Positions 33,598 to 60,330 are shown, counted from the stretch's first letter. The stretch is DNA of 64,000 nt from Macrostomum lignano (GCA_002269645.1 NIVC01000073.1:1-64000); one strand, 5' to 3'. Numbers and translations: made by a program. The notes: a model not told the origin generated them from the letters alone.

Positions 33598-34629
33598 ACT
33601 GTCACTGCTGTAGCACCAATGCACTGCACATAAGAAAGGCAGAGTCGCAACTATCCGTATTGCAATTGATAAGAGATGCTGTTTTCACACACATTAATAG
33701 CCGAACTGTCTTGCATTTCAAGCCTTCTCTCTATTCGAGTTGACAATTAATTATATTTCCCCAATAAATATATTTGCTATTCCAAAACCTACGACTTCTG
33801 TTTTTTTAATAGAGACTTGCTATTTAACCCGCGTCAATACACTGATTACTATAAGTAGCACAGGATGGAAAATAGAGACATAGAGAGAGGGCGAAGTGTG
33901 GCGGGACAGACGGGGGGAGTAGAAAATTTGATGACGTAACAAAATGCAGCCGTACGTATTTTTACAACAGAAACCAATAGAACTGATGCTAGTAGTATAT
34001 AGCGATAGTAAATACCCCAAACCATTAGTTAGCTATGTTATTTATACACTACTATTAATAAGTAGTCAGTAGGTTTAACCTAACAACTATTGGAAAAAGC
34101 AGCATAAAAAACTTATTAAAACACGGACAAGAATATAAAATTATAGAAATTATTGAATTAATAATAATTAGGCTTCTACCCTTCAACTGCTCGGATTTAA
34201 AACAGAATCAAGAAAGGCACAGCAATGCACATACTGGGCTGAATGTATATGGCATCATACGTACTTTAAGCGGACATTCTGTTTAGCCACTCCTCTAAAC
34301 TCCAACTTCTATTAATCTTAGTTTACCTGCTTAATAATAATAATAAAACACTCGCGGACTCTCAAAAAGAAGGCATCAAAACGCAGACAGACAGTTCGGT
34401 GGTGGGAGCCGACAAACCAACTGACAGCTTTATAATAAATACACATTTAATAATTTTTTTGCTTGCTGTTTCAACACAGACGACAGAAAACTTGCACACT
34501 TAATGGGGAGGTTCTTTCATTGCGCTCGTTCCTGCTGAGGATTCAAAATTATTTTTATCATTTAACTTTAACTAGCGGGCCCTTTTTAACTACAAAAAAG
34601 GCAGCTTTGCGCGCGCAGTGTCTGTCGCT

Positions 34630-35220
34630 TCAGTGCTGAGGTCCGCCTCCGCGGTTGTAGACTCCACCGCCACGCTGCTGCTGCTGCGGCCGATTGAACC
34701 CGCCGCCGCCGCCGCCGCGACCTCCGCCTCCGCCGCGGTTTCCGCCGCCATATCCGCCCCCGAATCCGCTACCGCCGCCGCCTCCGCGACTGCCGCGGTA
34801 GTCGTTGAAGCCTCCGCCACCACCGCCGCCGCGAAACTCGCCGCCGCCACCGCCGCGATAACCGCGATTGCCTCCACCGCCGCTGCCACGGTAGCCGCCG
34901 CCTCCTCCATCTCGGCCTCCACCTCCGCGATACCCGCCGCCGCCTCCAGGACCTCCGCGGCCACCGCCGCCGCCTCCGGGACCTCCGCGTCCGCGCCCTC
35001 TGCCACCGTAGCCGCCAGATCCATTCTCGAAGCCGGCCTGCTGCGGCTGCTGCTGACCGTGCATGAACTGCTGAGGATGCTGCTGCATCATCTGCTGCTG
35101 CTGATCGGCACGCAGAAACTCCGACTGAGTGGCCGAAGCGAATACGTCTTCGGAGCCAGGAGCAGCCGAAGGAGGCTGCTGCTGCTGCACAGAGCCGCTC
35201 CATGATGAGTCAGCCCAGGA
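34630..35220 (-). CDS. CAPRIN1: Caprin terminal exon 5 (Q-rich + RGG)
   Basis: gtcCAG acceptor, TGA stop. Confidence 0.87.
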   Translation of the reverse strand, partial: SWADSSWSGSVQQQQPPSAAPGSEDVFASATQSEFLRADQQQQMMQQHPQQFMHGQQQPQQAGFENGSGGYGGRGRGRGGPGGGGGGRGGPGGGGGYRGGGGRDGGGGGYRGSGGGGNRGYRGGGGGEFRGGGGGGGFNDYRGSRGGGGGSGFGGGYGGGNRGGGGGRGGGGGGFNRPQQQQRGGGVYNRGGGPQH

Positions 35221-38200
35221 CTGGACAGGCTGTGAAAAATAAATTTAGGGTGATGGGAAAATGACCTGTTTTTAAATGGATTACCAAGATAAAATATGAT
35301 TAGCTGCCCCTGAATATCTGGGAAGGGATTAGCTGCCCCCTGAATATATGGGAAGGGATTAACTGCCCCCTGAATATCTGGGAAGGGATTAGCAACCCCC
35401 TGAATATCTGGAAAGGGATTAGCAAATCCCCTGAATATATGGGAAGGGATTAGCTGCCCCCTGAATATCTGGGAAGGGATTAGCTGCCCCCTGAATATCT
35501 GGGAAGGGATTAGCAACCCCCTGAATATCTGGAAAGGGATTAGCAAATCCCCTGAATATATGGGAAGGGATTAGCTGCCCCCTGAATATATGGGAAGGGA
35601 TTAGCTGCCCCCTGAATATCTGGGAAGGGATTAGCAACCCCCTGAATATCTGGAAAGGGATTAGCAAATCCCCTGAATATATGGGAAGGGATTAACTGCC
35701 CCCTGAATATCTGGGAAGGGATTAGCTGCCCCCTGAATATCTGGGAAAGGATTAGCTGCCCCCTGAATATCTGGGAAGGGATTAGCTGCCCCCTTAAACC
35801 ATTTACCTGTTCACTGTCAGGCAGGTCGTCCGCCCAAGCGCCGCTGCCGCCCTGTTCATTGGAGGCAGCGGAGAACTCCACAGAAGCGACCGGGGGCGCA
35901 GAGCCGCCATGCGCCGACAGCTCGGAGTCTTGAATAAACTCGAACTGGCCTTTCACCATCTGGCGTAGACTGTTTAACGATTCGGGGGCTGGCGCAGAAT
36001 CAACTGGAGCAACGGCTGCAGGCTGAGTGTAGGCTGCAGCAGCTTCAGCCACAGCGCTGACAGTTGATGGCTGCTGCAGCATCATGGGCAGGCGATGTTC
36101 CAGATGGCCATTGTCGGTGACCGGAGGCGGGGGTGGCGGCGCCGCCAACTGTTGAGCCTCCGGCGGCGCAATGACGGATTCTTCAGCCTGAGGAGCAGCT
36201 TCGGCCGAATCAACCGGAGCCTGTTGTTCCTCCTCCGGCTGAAGGAGGCCGTCCTCGATACCTGCAGAGTCGGCGCTGTCGAAGCCAACTTTCGGGACAG
36301 CGTTGGCAGTGAAATAAGGCAGAGCTGCCAGCCTGCGGGCGCGGGGTGGACAGGGGAGGGTAGTTTAACTTGTCCACCGAACTGTCCGGGGAAGGTAGTT
36401 TAACTTGTCCACCGAACTGTCCGGGGATGGTAGTTTAACTTGTCCACCGAACTGTCCGGGGAGGGTAGCTTAACTTGTCCACCGAACTGTCCGAGGAGGG
36501 TCTTAACTTGTCCACTGAACTTCCGGGTAGCTTGACTTGTCTATCCCTGTCTGGAGAGGGTAGCTTGACTTGTCTATCCGTGTCTGGAGAGAGTAGCTTA
36601 ACTACTCCACCGATAGTTAAAATGACCTACTGATGTGGGCAAACGTGCAATTTGAACAATTAACAAATCACTCACTTGTCCAGCAGTTCGCGGGCCTCCT
36701 TATAGCTGACACCCGGACAGAGCGGCCGGTCCTTGGCCTCCAGCAGGCTGGCGCAATTCTCAGCGCAGGCCTGCAACCGTGCGCTCCAGCTGGCATCGGC
36801 GCCTGCCTCATTTTCCTGCTCTCTACGCGGCGTGATCGCTTGATAGACTTCGTCGATTGAGTCCAACTGTTTGTAAAACGAATTGGTTTATTCTAATTAC
36901 TAATTTGTATAAGCTGTTGAAATTTCAGTTCCACTTACACAGCCATTAGCGCTCGAGGGCCAACCCCCCCCCCCTAAGAATGAGAAAGTCAGCGTAGGCA
37001 TCTGTGCTCAGGGAGGGGGTCAGACTTGAAGTTGACTTAAACGCCAGAATCGCAGTGTAATTTGGGCATGTGGTTTCTAATCTCAGCATACCAAATTAAA
37101 AGCCAGGATGCAAATCAAAAGTACAAATAAGTACTAATTAGATGACGAGGCATTTAGCCTTAAAAGTTACTCCTGCCATTTACCCAAAGGTTACACGGCC
37201 GGTGTAAATCAAAGAGTGGAGTTCCCGCATGTACGGTAACACGCATACCTGAGCCTTGCTCAGCGCCAATCCTGTCACAGGCGACTCCCCAGTGAACAGC
37301 TCCTTGGTCTGCTCGCCGCCCATCTCTTCTAGCAGCGACTGCATGGAGAGCAGGCTGCGCAGCATATCAACTTCGCGCTTCTCCCGTTCAAACCGCTGCC
37401 GTTTCTCAGTTTTCTTCACCAGCTTCTCCTGCTCAGTCAGACTAGAACTAATTTGAGTTAGAACGTCTCGAGCGAATTCTAGATTGCCAACTACAGAGCC
37501 CATGGTGGCCAGGGCTTCCTCTTGTTGCGGACTGAGTTGATCGCCCTTCGACTTCAGCTTCTGGTACTCATCTAGGCGTTTCTAAAGCAGCGGATGGGAG
37601 TAGGAGTACATAACTAAATTATTCCATAAGTGAATAAAAAGACAGCCTTTTAAGGTCAAGACCAAAGTTAATTCATGATAAAAGCATTTACAGGATTTAC
37701 AATATGCCAAATGCAATTTTTTGTTTCTCAATAATTTATTAAAAATAAGCTATTTGACTATTTAATACTGAGAATATATTCTTCTTATCTACCTTTGTGT
37801 CTAACAAGGCCTTACAAATGTATCATGCTTACTGTAAAGAAGGTTAAATTTTGAAATATATGTAGCATAATTTTATGTGAGGCAATAGTTCTAACCAAAT
37901 AATAAAAATATTAAAGGAATGGGAAGGAATATAACTTATCTTGTAAAAAAGTTGAATGCTTGCTAAGATGTGCACAAAAAAGCAAAAAAACAAAAAGCAA
38001 TGAAAATTTTGACAAAAATCATTCTTTTCTATGCAATATACTTGTATATATTAATATATAGATTATACAAAAAGGACTAGATCAGATCTTTAATACCTAG
38101 AAAATATAAACATTAAACATATTTTTAGGTGCAACTAATATAAATATATATGAAAAATGGAAACTACTTTGGCTTTATTTATATTTTATCAACATTATTT

Positions 38201-41200
38201 TGTCCCATGGTTTATAATTCAGTTTTGTTCAATAATCCCTATTAAAAAGGCAACATAGTCTATCAGAAGCATTTTAAAGTTATTTACTATGTATTTCATT
38301 CTATATTGACCCTTTGAAAAGTAGTGAAAACATTATTTTGAACTAGGCCTAATAATACCATTTAAAACTATACCTGCAATAAAGCTAGTTCAGATACTAG
38401 GTCTAAAGTTATAAAATATAGTATTTAAAAGATTTAGTATATTTAGATAGTAGGTAATTAGAGCTTGGGGTTGGACAAGATCTCAATCTCAACCAAATGT
38501 TTTCTGCTTAAAACTGATATTCTTTGTTTTAATTTTGTTGTTCTTGTAAATTGTGTTATTATAGTTTTTATTTTGTTTCTAACTATTTTTAAAAAAGCTT
38601 TTCTTGGTTAATATTTAATTATAAAATTTATATTAGGCCTGAACTTGGCTCTTTTTTATATACTGACTATCCTTTTATGTTAAACCTGATTTTATATGCC
38701 AAGTGTACACCAAGATTGTTAGCAAAGGCAAAAATATGCCAGAATTTTCCACTTTCTGGACTATGGAATTTAAAAAGTAATAATATTAATATTGCTTAAA
38801 TACAATAAATAGAATAATCTTCTTTGGCCTACTAGATGCTAATTGGGCTTAATCTTAAGTCTCAAATACTGGTTTTTTGTCCATAACTTGGGTGCGATTT
38901 TGCATCCTATGCTAGATTTCAGGGTGAAATTTTTAAGACCAGGATGCGCTGCACATCCATAACACTAAATTGTGACATCCGCATCACACCCTTGCAAAAG
39001 ATTCTGGTGCACTTTTCGCACCCTGAGTCAAATTTCAAGGTGTGATTTTTAAGACCAGGATGCTATTTGCACCCATTTGCCAAAAAAACCCAGCTGTCAA
39101 TTATCTTGAAATTTATTATTATTCAACCTCTGGTTAGGCCTATGTATGCCTATCTATTTTTAGATTTATTGTATATATGGTTATGGACTAGCTATAATTT
39201 AAATTTTAGCAATTAGTATGATGATGGATCAAAATTGTTTTTGTATCAAAATCGAAATTCAAATGTTCAGTTCTTTAGAATTGAAATCAATTTTTTAAGT
39301 TAAACAAACTTTTGAATTTTTGCTAATTATACAAAAAAGTTTAACAACTTGGATCTGTATTGCATGTACAAGCTTACACGTTTTCTAGAAAATATCTTTG
39401 GTATTTAAACCTAAATACTTAAAATAACTTACTTAAAAAACTTACAAAACAGAAAAAGCTGATATATGCTCATATTATACATTATACTTACAATAGAAAA
39501 TGTATTATTATTCACCATTGTTTAAACTAGATATCTTCATGTAGATGTATCAAATTCATAAAGGCTTTAAAATTCTTTAACCAATTAAATTCTACAGCCA
39601 ATGAATTTAGATAATAGGCTTTTATAGAGGTTGAGGTGGATGCAGCACAAGACCTAGAACAATGTGCATACCCTGCGCAATCTTCTTTTGCAAGAGGCAA
39701 TTCTCGCCCAGGATGGAATTCTTGCATAAAAGTTGTTATATGTTTGTGTGCGCTTGTCAAATTTGTGTGCACTTGCGTGCTAAAAAGGAGCCTACTTGTG
39801 TTGTGCACTCTTAAAGGTGTGAGTGCACTCCATTGTATGCACTTGCGCAAGAAGCTGTTTACAGCAGAATCGGATTTGATTTTTACATGCATTTGACATG
39901 GTTATGTGCCATGTGGTGTCTATAGTCAGGAAGGTGGCCTTTGCCATGGAAAATGCCAGCGCACACAAGGGGTCCTTGGCACACTTGGCGCACAATCTTG
40001 GTGTACACTGAGGTCTCTGGCGCATGCAGTGTATAATCATGGCGCATACTGAGGTCCCTAGTGCATGTGGCACATAATTGCGGCGCATAAGGTCCCTGAC
40101 ATATGCGGTGCTGTGCATAACTTTGATGCATAAGGAATCAGAATAGAATCTTTATTAGCATAAAACTGGCATAGCATATTGAGTCCGCATGAATTCTAAG
40201 AATTTTTTTAATTTGTTGTGAAATATGTAATTTATGTAAAATACATAAATTACAAATTATGTAAATTATGTACAATACATACAATAAGGGCACAGATATG
40301 GCATATAGATAGCACACAGATAGTGCATAAATGGCACATAGATGGCACATAGATCGTCCCAAAAAAATTATTCTGGCACACAGTGCCACCTTCCTAACTA
40401 TGGTATGGTGTATACTAGAGGTCGGACGGGATCCCGATCCCAATCTCGAAATCTCAGGATCCCGAGGAGAATTGAATTCCCGCGGGACTAGACTCCCGAC
40501 CCTAAAAAACTTGAGATTCGGGAACAGGTCTTTTGATTAAAAATTATAGAGTTAGTGTAGTAGCGGTACCTTATTTCTAGGAATTATTGTTTTTGAACTA
40601 GCGCGAAAATTAATATTATTTTGTTATAATACGCGAAATATTCTCAAGTTGTAAGAGTTTGTTTTAAATATACGTGATTGATTAGTATAAATAGGAGAGA
40701 GCCGAAGGGATGGAAGAATAACTCGTTTGTTAGCTATAAGCTCAAAACATGTTCGATAAACATTCTCAGATCTTTGCTCATTTTAAAAGTATTGAAAGAC
40801 AGAATTGGGAATTCATGCAAAGAGAGTACTAAGAGTGATTGCTGTGACCTTCTAATCTCGGTAATGCCCAGACTGGAGAGAGAAAGTACATATACCAGTA
40901 AGACCGCTCAGGCCATATACTAAGAACGCTACCAGACCATATACTAAGAATGCTACCAGACCATATACTAAGAACACTACCAGACCATATACTAAGAACG
41001 CTACTAGATTAATACATAAGACGCTACCAGTATATTTAAATGAAATTCTAAGAAACAGTTAAAGATACCAAAGGCAGAATTTAGTATCAGCAGAGGAAAA
41101 TTGAAAACCTAGCACAACTTGGTATCAGCGGTTGGGATTAAAATTGATAGAGTAGGAGGTAAAACAGCCCTGCGACAACTTGGTGGCAGCTTGTAGGACA

Positions 41201-42271
41201 TTTAATAAACGCTAATAGTTAGAAGTTTAGAAAGACAGAGCCAGAAGGCCTGTCACATTAGTGATTACTTGAAGGTATTTTGCTTTAACTTGTACTTGTT
41301 ACATTATTTACTTTGTTGGTTACAAAACTTTATATCAATTTCGTTGTGTTTTACTTCTTGATCTTTACAATCTTTTCTCAATTTTGTTTAACTTTATATG
41401 GACAATACACTAAAAGACCTGATCCCGATTCTGAATACCGATCTCGATCCCGATCTCGAGAAAAAAAATATTCCCGATCCCGATCCCGCCCGAAGATTTC
41501 AATCCCATCCAACCTCTAGTGTATATGTGCTCAAGTTCTCCTACCTGTGCTCAGGTTGTTTTTATGCTGAAAAATTTCAAACAAAAGTAAAACAATGAAA
41601 TTATAATAGTTTTTAGCAAAAATAGTTACTTTAAAGTTTAGTGAAACTCTTATAATTTTTAAATAATATTTTTTTCTAAAAATTTTAGTGTTCAAGCTAC
41701 TTAACACTTAAAATACAACTTACTAAGTCTTTGAACTGCGCTTCCTTTCACTTCCTGCAGATTTTCTTACTTGTATAACATGGTCATGAATGCATTATTT
41801 TTAAAACATAAGCAACATTTCAAAATGATTTTTGATAAATAGTTTTAAAATTTGAAATTAAAATTGAAATTATTTTGACACAAAATTAGGTTTGAAATTT
41901 GGAATATCAAAATTGAAATCGAATTTTGATCTATCACTAAGTTAGTACATACATATATATTACTATCTTAACTTTGTCCAGAAAAGCCAAATTAAGAGTA
42001 ATAATAATATAATATAGTTTGCCTTAAGAGGGCATAGATTATTATTAAATTAACTTTGAGTTTGAAAAAATAACAATAAATAATGAAAACTTTGGTCTGT
42101 GAATATATATTAACAACATTGCAAAAAAGAAAAGCAGACAGTTGTGTTTTGTACCTTTTTCTTCTCGAGATTACGAATTTTTTTCTCAACATAAGTATGA
42201 AGATTTTTCATCGCATCTGAAGACTCAGGAGGAGCCTTTACTGGATCTTGCTTACCAGAAAGGGACGGCAT
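34630..42271 (-). CDS. CAPRIN1: Caprin family RNA-granule protein; spliced gene model, 585 aa
   Basis: complement join(42271-42155,37581-37249,36866-36676,36332-35807,35220-34630) = 1758 nt with consistent phases. Features: EKKIRNLEKKK-KRLDEYQ...NLEFA (HR1), G3BP-binding-like FEFIQDSEL, Q-rich region and RGG-rich C-terminus. Confidence 0.9.
35298..35792. repeat. 30-nt minisatellite (GGGATTAGCTGCCCCCTGAATATCTGGGAA), about 16 units, Caprin intron 4
   Basis: Tandem array filling most of the intron. Confidence 0.95.
35807..36332 (-). CDS. CAPRIN1: Caprin exon 4 (LAALPYF...FIQDS...DSEQ)
   Basis: ccgCAG acceptor, CAG|GTAAAT donor. Confidence 0.87.
36355..36600. repeat. 35-nt minisatellite (GGGAGGGTAGTTTAACTTGTCCACCGAACTGTCCG), about 7 units, Caprin intron 3
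   Basis: Tandem array decaying toward higher coordinates. Confidence 0.9.
36676..36866 (-). CDS. CAPRIN1: Caprin exon 3 (LDSIDEVY...SYKEARELLD)
   Basis: aaaCAG acceptor, AA|GTGAGT donor. Confidence 0.88.
37133..37185 (-). other. 28S rRNA-derived fragment, copy 3 (central deletion)
   Basis: First 23 nt ACTAATTAGATGACGAGGCATTT are identical to the 28S reverse complement; then AGTTACTCCTGCCATTTACCC (19/21). Confidence 0.8.
37249..37581 (-). CDS. CAPRIN1: Caprin exon 2 (KRLDEYQ...LSKAQ)
   Basis: ctttAG acceptor, CAG|GTATGC donor; HR1 domain. Confidence 0.9.
38870..39093. mobile_element. MITE-like inverted-repeat element
   Basis: Imperfect inverted ends GGTTTTTTG...TGGGTGC...GCATCCT / AGGATGC...GCACCCA...CAAAAAAACC; internal direct repeat TTTTTAAGACCAGGATGC. 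Confidence 0.5.
39920..40403. mobile_element. 484-bp hAT-type non-autonomous element
   Basis: 19-bp TIR CTATAGTCAGGAAGGTGGC / GCCACCTTCCTAACTATGG (17/19); 8-bp TSD TGTGGTGT / TATGGTGT (7/8). Confidence 0.75.
40416..41518. mobile_element. 1.1-kb hAT-type non-autonomous element
   Basis: 17-bp TIR TAGAGGTCGGACGGGAT / ATCCCATCCAACCTCTA (15/17); TSD GTGTATAC / GTGTATAT; subterminal ATCCCG repeats; internal 24-nt repeat at about 40900-41030. Confidence 0.82.
42155..42271 (-). CDS. CAPRIN1: Caprin exon 1 (MPSLSGK...KKIRNLEKKK)
   Basis: ATG at 42271, AAG|GTACAA donor. Absent from the ORF track. Confidence 0.85.
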
Positions 42272-42348
42272 TCTCAAGGCGCAATTTCTACCTAAATTAT
42301 TCTACGTGGCTTGTCATACAAAAATTTTTGAATGTAGAAAACAGCAAT

Positions 42349-42722
42349 CGGAAGTAAGGAGCAGTGACACATGCCGGCCTGCGTGACCTTATAAACTTGG
42401 TCAAGTCGAAGTTGTTTACGTATTTAAAACAAAACTTAAAACTTTAAATCAGCATATTCTGCTACAAACACTACTTTTATAGATAATCGCAATTTCTTTT
42501 CTATTTGATATGGCTTAATTTTTTTCTGTAATTAAAGAATAAGTTTATGTACCACGCTACGTACAAAACATTCTCACGTCTGGAAAGCGGGCCTCAGCTA
42601 GCTAGTGACAACTAAATTAGAAGCTGTTCAGCTTCTTCCAAGGAATAACTGTAATATAACAGCACTTAAGATCGTGTAATTTCTCTAGAGGCTAATTTCC
42701 TTGGAAAAATTCACTGACGTCA
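42349..42722 (-). promoter_or_regulatory. Putative Caprin promoter motifs (ETS CGGAAGT 42349-42355; CRE TGACGTCA 42715-42722)
   Basis: Motif matches within 450 nt upstream of the ATG only; short motifs occur by chance. Confidence 0.25.
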
Positions 42723-44544
42723 CTTATTGAGATGGAGATTTGATCGAAAAATAATTTTGCAATTATATATATATTACAGTAATAATGCAATTTTTACATT
42801 CATGTATGGACTTCATGCAAGAAGGAACAAAACAAAGTTTCGCTTGAGGGTGTTTATAACCTTTGCTTGGATTTTAAGAAATCAAAGTAAAACAGTATCA
42901 ACCTATGTGCTCCCATCTCGTCCTCGCGGTCATTTTCTCACTTTAAAATGTTTTTGATGTATTCATCCTTGTTTTTGTTTACCTTTTCTTGAATTTAAGT
43001 GCAGCGAAAATAAGTTTAAGACGGACAGCTCGCTACTGATTGTCGTTTCTTATCTAGACGTCTATCCTCTCATCTAGCTGCAGATATCATCTAGCTCATC
43101 GCTCGATCGATCTCCTTTTCGCACTCATGTAGAAGTCAAATCTTGATCGTACGTATATGAAATTATTAAAGAAGCATACACTGTAAACACAAAAATGCCT
43201 TATTATTTCTGCCTTTACAGGTTGTAAAAGTATCAAATATATTAATATTTATTTACTTGTTCTACGCCAATTTACTGGATTCGGAGATAACCAATTAGTT
43301 AAGCAAATTTAACAAAACCAGGCATTTTAGAATTCAAATATTTAATAAGTCGGTAAAACAGTGCAACAAAAAGCCAGCTATGATTGCAGCCGCAGAGCAT
43401 AAAACTTACTATAATTATATTGAGTAGGTGCTCGCGATTTAATATTTCATCATTTTAGTCACTGACGACATTCAGCAAGCAAAAGGGGCAAAAACCGTAA
43501 GCGACATTTTGAAAACTATCATCAAATAAAATAGCTACATAGAGCTTTGACTAGGACGCGCGGGAAAGCGGCAAAAGCGGGCAGATGTGATTCTGGGAAA
43601 TTCACAAAATAACAAAATTCACAAGAGATAAGTACAGGTGTCAATCAGCAGAAGTAATAATTGCTTGAAAGCAAATGAATTAAAAAATTACGTTTTAATC
43701 TAATGAGTATTTAGTTATCTTTGAGTGAATAAAGTAATTAAACAGCGTTTCTATATCATCAGTGATTGAGAAATTTAGATGTACCCAAGCAATTGCATTC
43801 TAATTTTAATTATATGCATTTGAAAAAAACAAGCGAAACAATTTACAGTGGATGGATTGAGAAAAAATATTATAGTTTAAATAAACCAATATTTTCCACG
43901 GACGTTGGCGCGAATTCAAATTTAATAAAAGATGCCACAGAATCATAGACTGCATTGGTATTTAGTAATGTGAGTAACAGTTTATGACAATCATTCCTAC
44001 TTCTGACCTTCAGATCAGTAATTAGGAGGCCGATTTAGAAAATATTAAAGCATAGAGAGATAAGCTGATTAAAGCATAAAAAGCAAATCGAAAATGTTTA
44101 TCATCTTACTGATAGTAGTGCAAATCTGTGCGGCATCAAAAATAGTTTTTAAGAACCAAAAATGAACTTTTAGAGTAAATAATGAATGGGATAACATAAA
44201 GAAAAATAATGGAAAGGAAAAAAGTTCGCGCTTTGCAATTTACAGGTGAAAAATTCGACATTAAAACACAATTGAAAATAAACATTACTGAATGCTTTCT
44301 AAGAAAACACTCGTAGTTTGTTCGATTACAACGCCAAATACTGTTTTTACTGGGTCTTAGGATGACCCTAGCGTCACTGCTGAACAAAAAAGGTGATTTT
44401 TTATCTGCTTTATATAGTTGAGTATATATTTAAGCAAAAATATGTTTAATTTAGGTGCTGTAGGGTGATATTGACAAAGTAATTATTCTTGAAGCCCAAT
44501 AAACTTTCAACACAGTCTGACACTTCATAGAGAATCATCATTTC

Positions 44545-45915
44545 TGATACTAGATTGAGAATCACTCTTGACACCCAATAAAGAATCATTCCTGACACCC
44601 TATAGAGAATAATTCCTGACACCCCACTCAGAATCATTCCTGACACCCCACTGAGAATCATTCCTGATACCCCATAGAGAATCATTCCTGACACCCCACT
44701 GAGAATCATTCCTGACATCCCATAGAGAATCATTCCTGACATCCCATAGAGAATCATTCCTGACATCTTATAGAGAATAATTCCTGACATCCCATAGAGA
44801 ATCATTCCTGACATCTTATAGAGAATCATTCCTGACATCCCATAGAGAATCATTCCTGACATCCTATTGGGAATCATTTCTGACATCCCATTGAGAATCA
44901 TTCCTGACATCCCATTGAGAATCATTCCTGACATCCCATTGGGTATCATTCCTGACATCCCATTGGGTATCATTCCTGACATCCCATTGGGTATCATTCC
45001 TGACATCCCATTGAGAATCATTCCTGACATCCCATAGAGAATCATTCCTGACACCCCATAGAGAATCATTCCTGATACCCCATAGAGAATCATTCCTGAC
45101 ACCCCATAGAGAATCATTCCTGACACCCCATAGAGAATCATTCCTGACACCCCATAGAGAATCATTCCTGATACCCCATAGAGAATCATTCCTGATACCC
45201 CATAGAGAATCATTCCTGACATCCCATAGAGAATCATTCCTGACATCCTATTGGGAATCATTCCTGACATCCCATTGAGAATCATTCCTGACATCCCATT
45301 GAGAATCATTCCTGACATCCCATTGGGTATCATTCCTGACATCCCATTGGGTATCATTCCTGACATCCCATTGGGTATCATTCCTGACATCCCATTGAGA
45401 ATCATTCCTGACATCCCATAGAGAATCATTCCTGACACCCCATAGAGAATCATTCCTGATACCCCATAGAGAATCATTCCTGACACCCCATAGAGAATCA
45501 TTCCTGACACCCCATAGAGAATCATTCCTGACATCCTATTGGGAATCATTCCTGACACCCCATAGAGAATAATTCCTGACATACTATTGAGAATCATTCC
45601 TGACATCCCATAGAGAATAATTCCTGACATCCTATTGGGAATCATTTTTGACATCCCATTGAGAATCATTCCTGACATCCCATTGAGAATCATTCCTGAC
45701 ATCCCATTGGGTATCATTCCTGACATCATATTGGGTATCATTCCTGACATCCCATTGAGAATCATTCCTGACACCCCATAGAGAATCATTCCTGACATAC
45801 TATTGAGAATCATTCCTGACATACTATTGAGAATCATTCCTGACATACTATTGAGAATCATTCCTGACATCCCACTGAGAATCATTCCTGACATCCCATT
45901 GAGAATCATTTCTGA
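44545..45915. repeat. 24-nt minisatellite (GAGAATCATTCCTGACATCCCATA), about 57 units, just 3' of the prominin stop
   Basis: Tandem array starting about 65 nt after the stop. Confidence 0.96.
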
Positions 45916-45982
45916 CGCATGAAACAAATCAATAAGAACAGACGCTGTAAAGTTCTTAATATTAAGCTCGCTCAGTTTGCTT

Positions 45983-60330
<14,348 letters not shown>

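Noticed and set aside
34390-34402. 13-nt complement between the Caprin 3' region and the Caprin intron 3 repeat unit
   Set aside because: Tens of 13-mer matches are expected by chance within 64 kb.
34590-35205. Ala-rich ORFs overlapping Caprin exon 5 on both strands
   Set aside because: Shadow frames of GGC-rich Gly codons.
44446-45927. 493-aa MSGMILYG-repeat ORF downstream of prominin on the same strand
   Set aside because: A 24-nt unit without a stop in one frame gives such an ORF automatically; the start is TTG and there is no unique domain.
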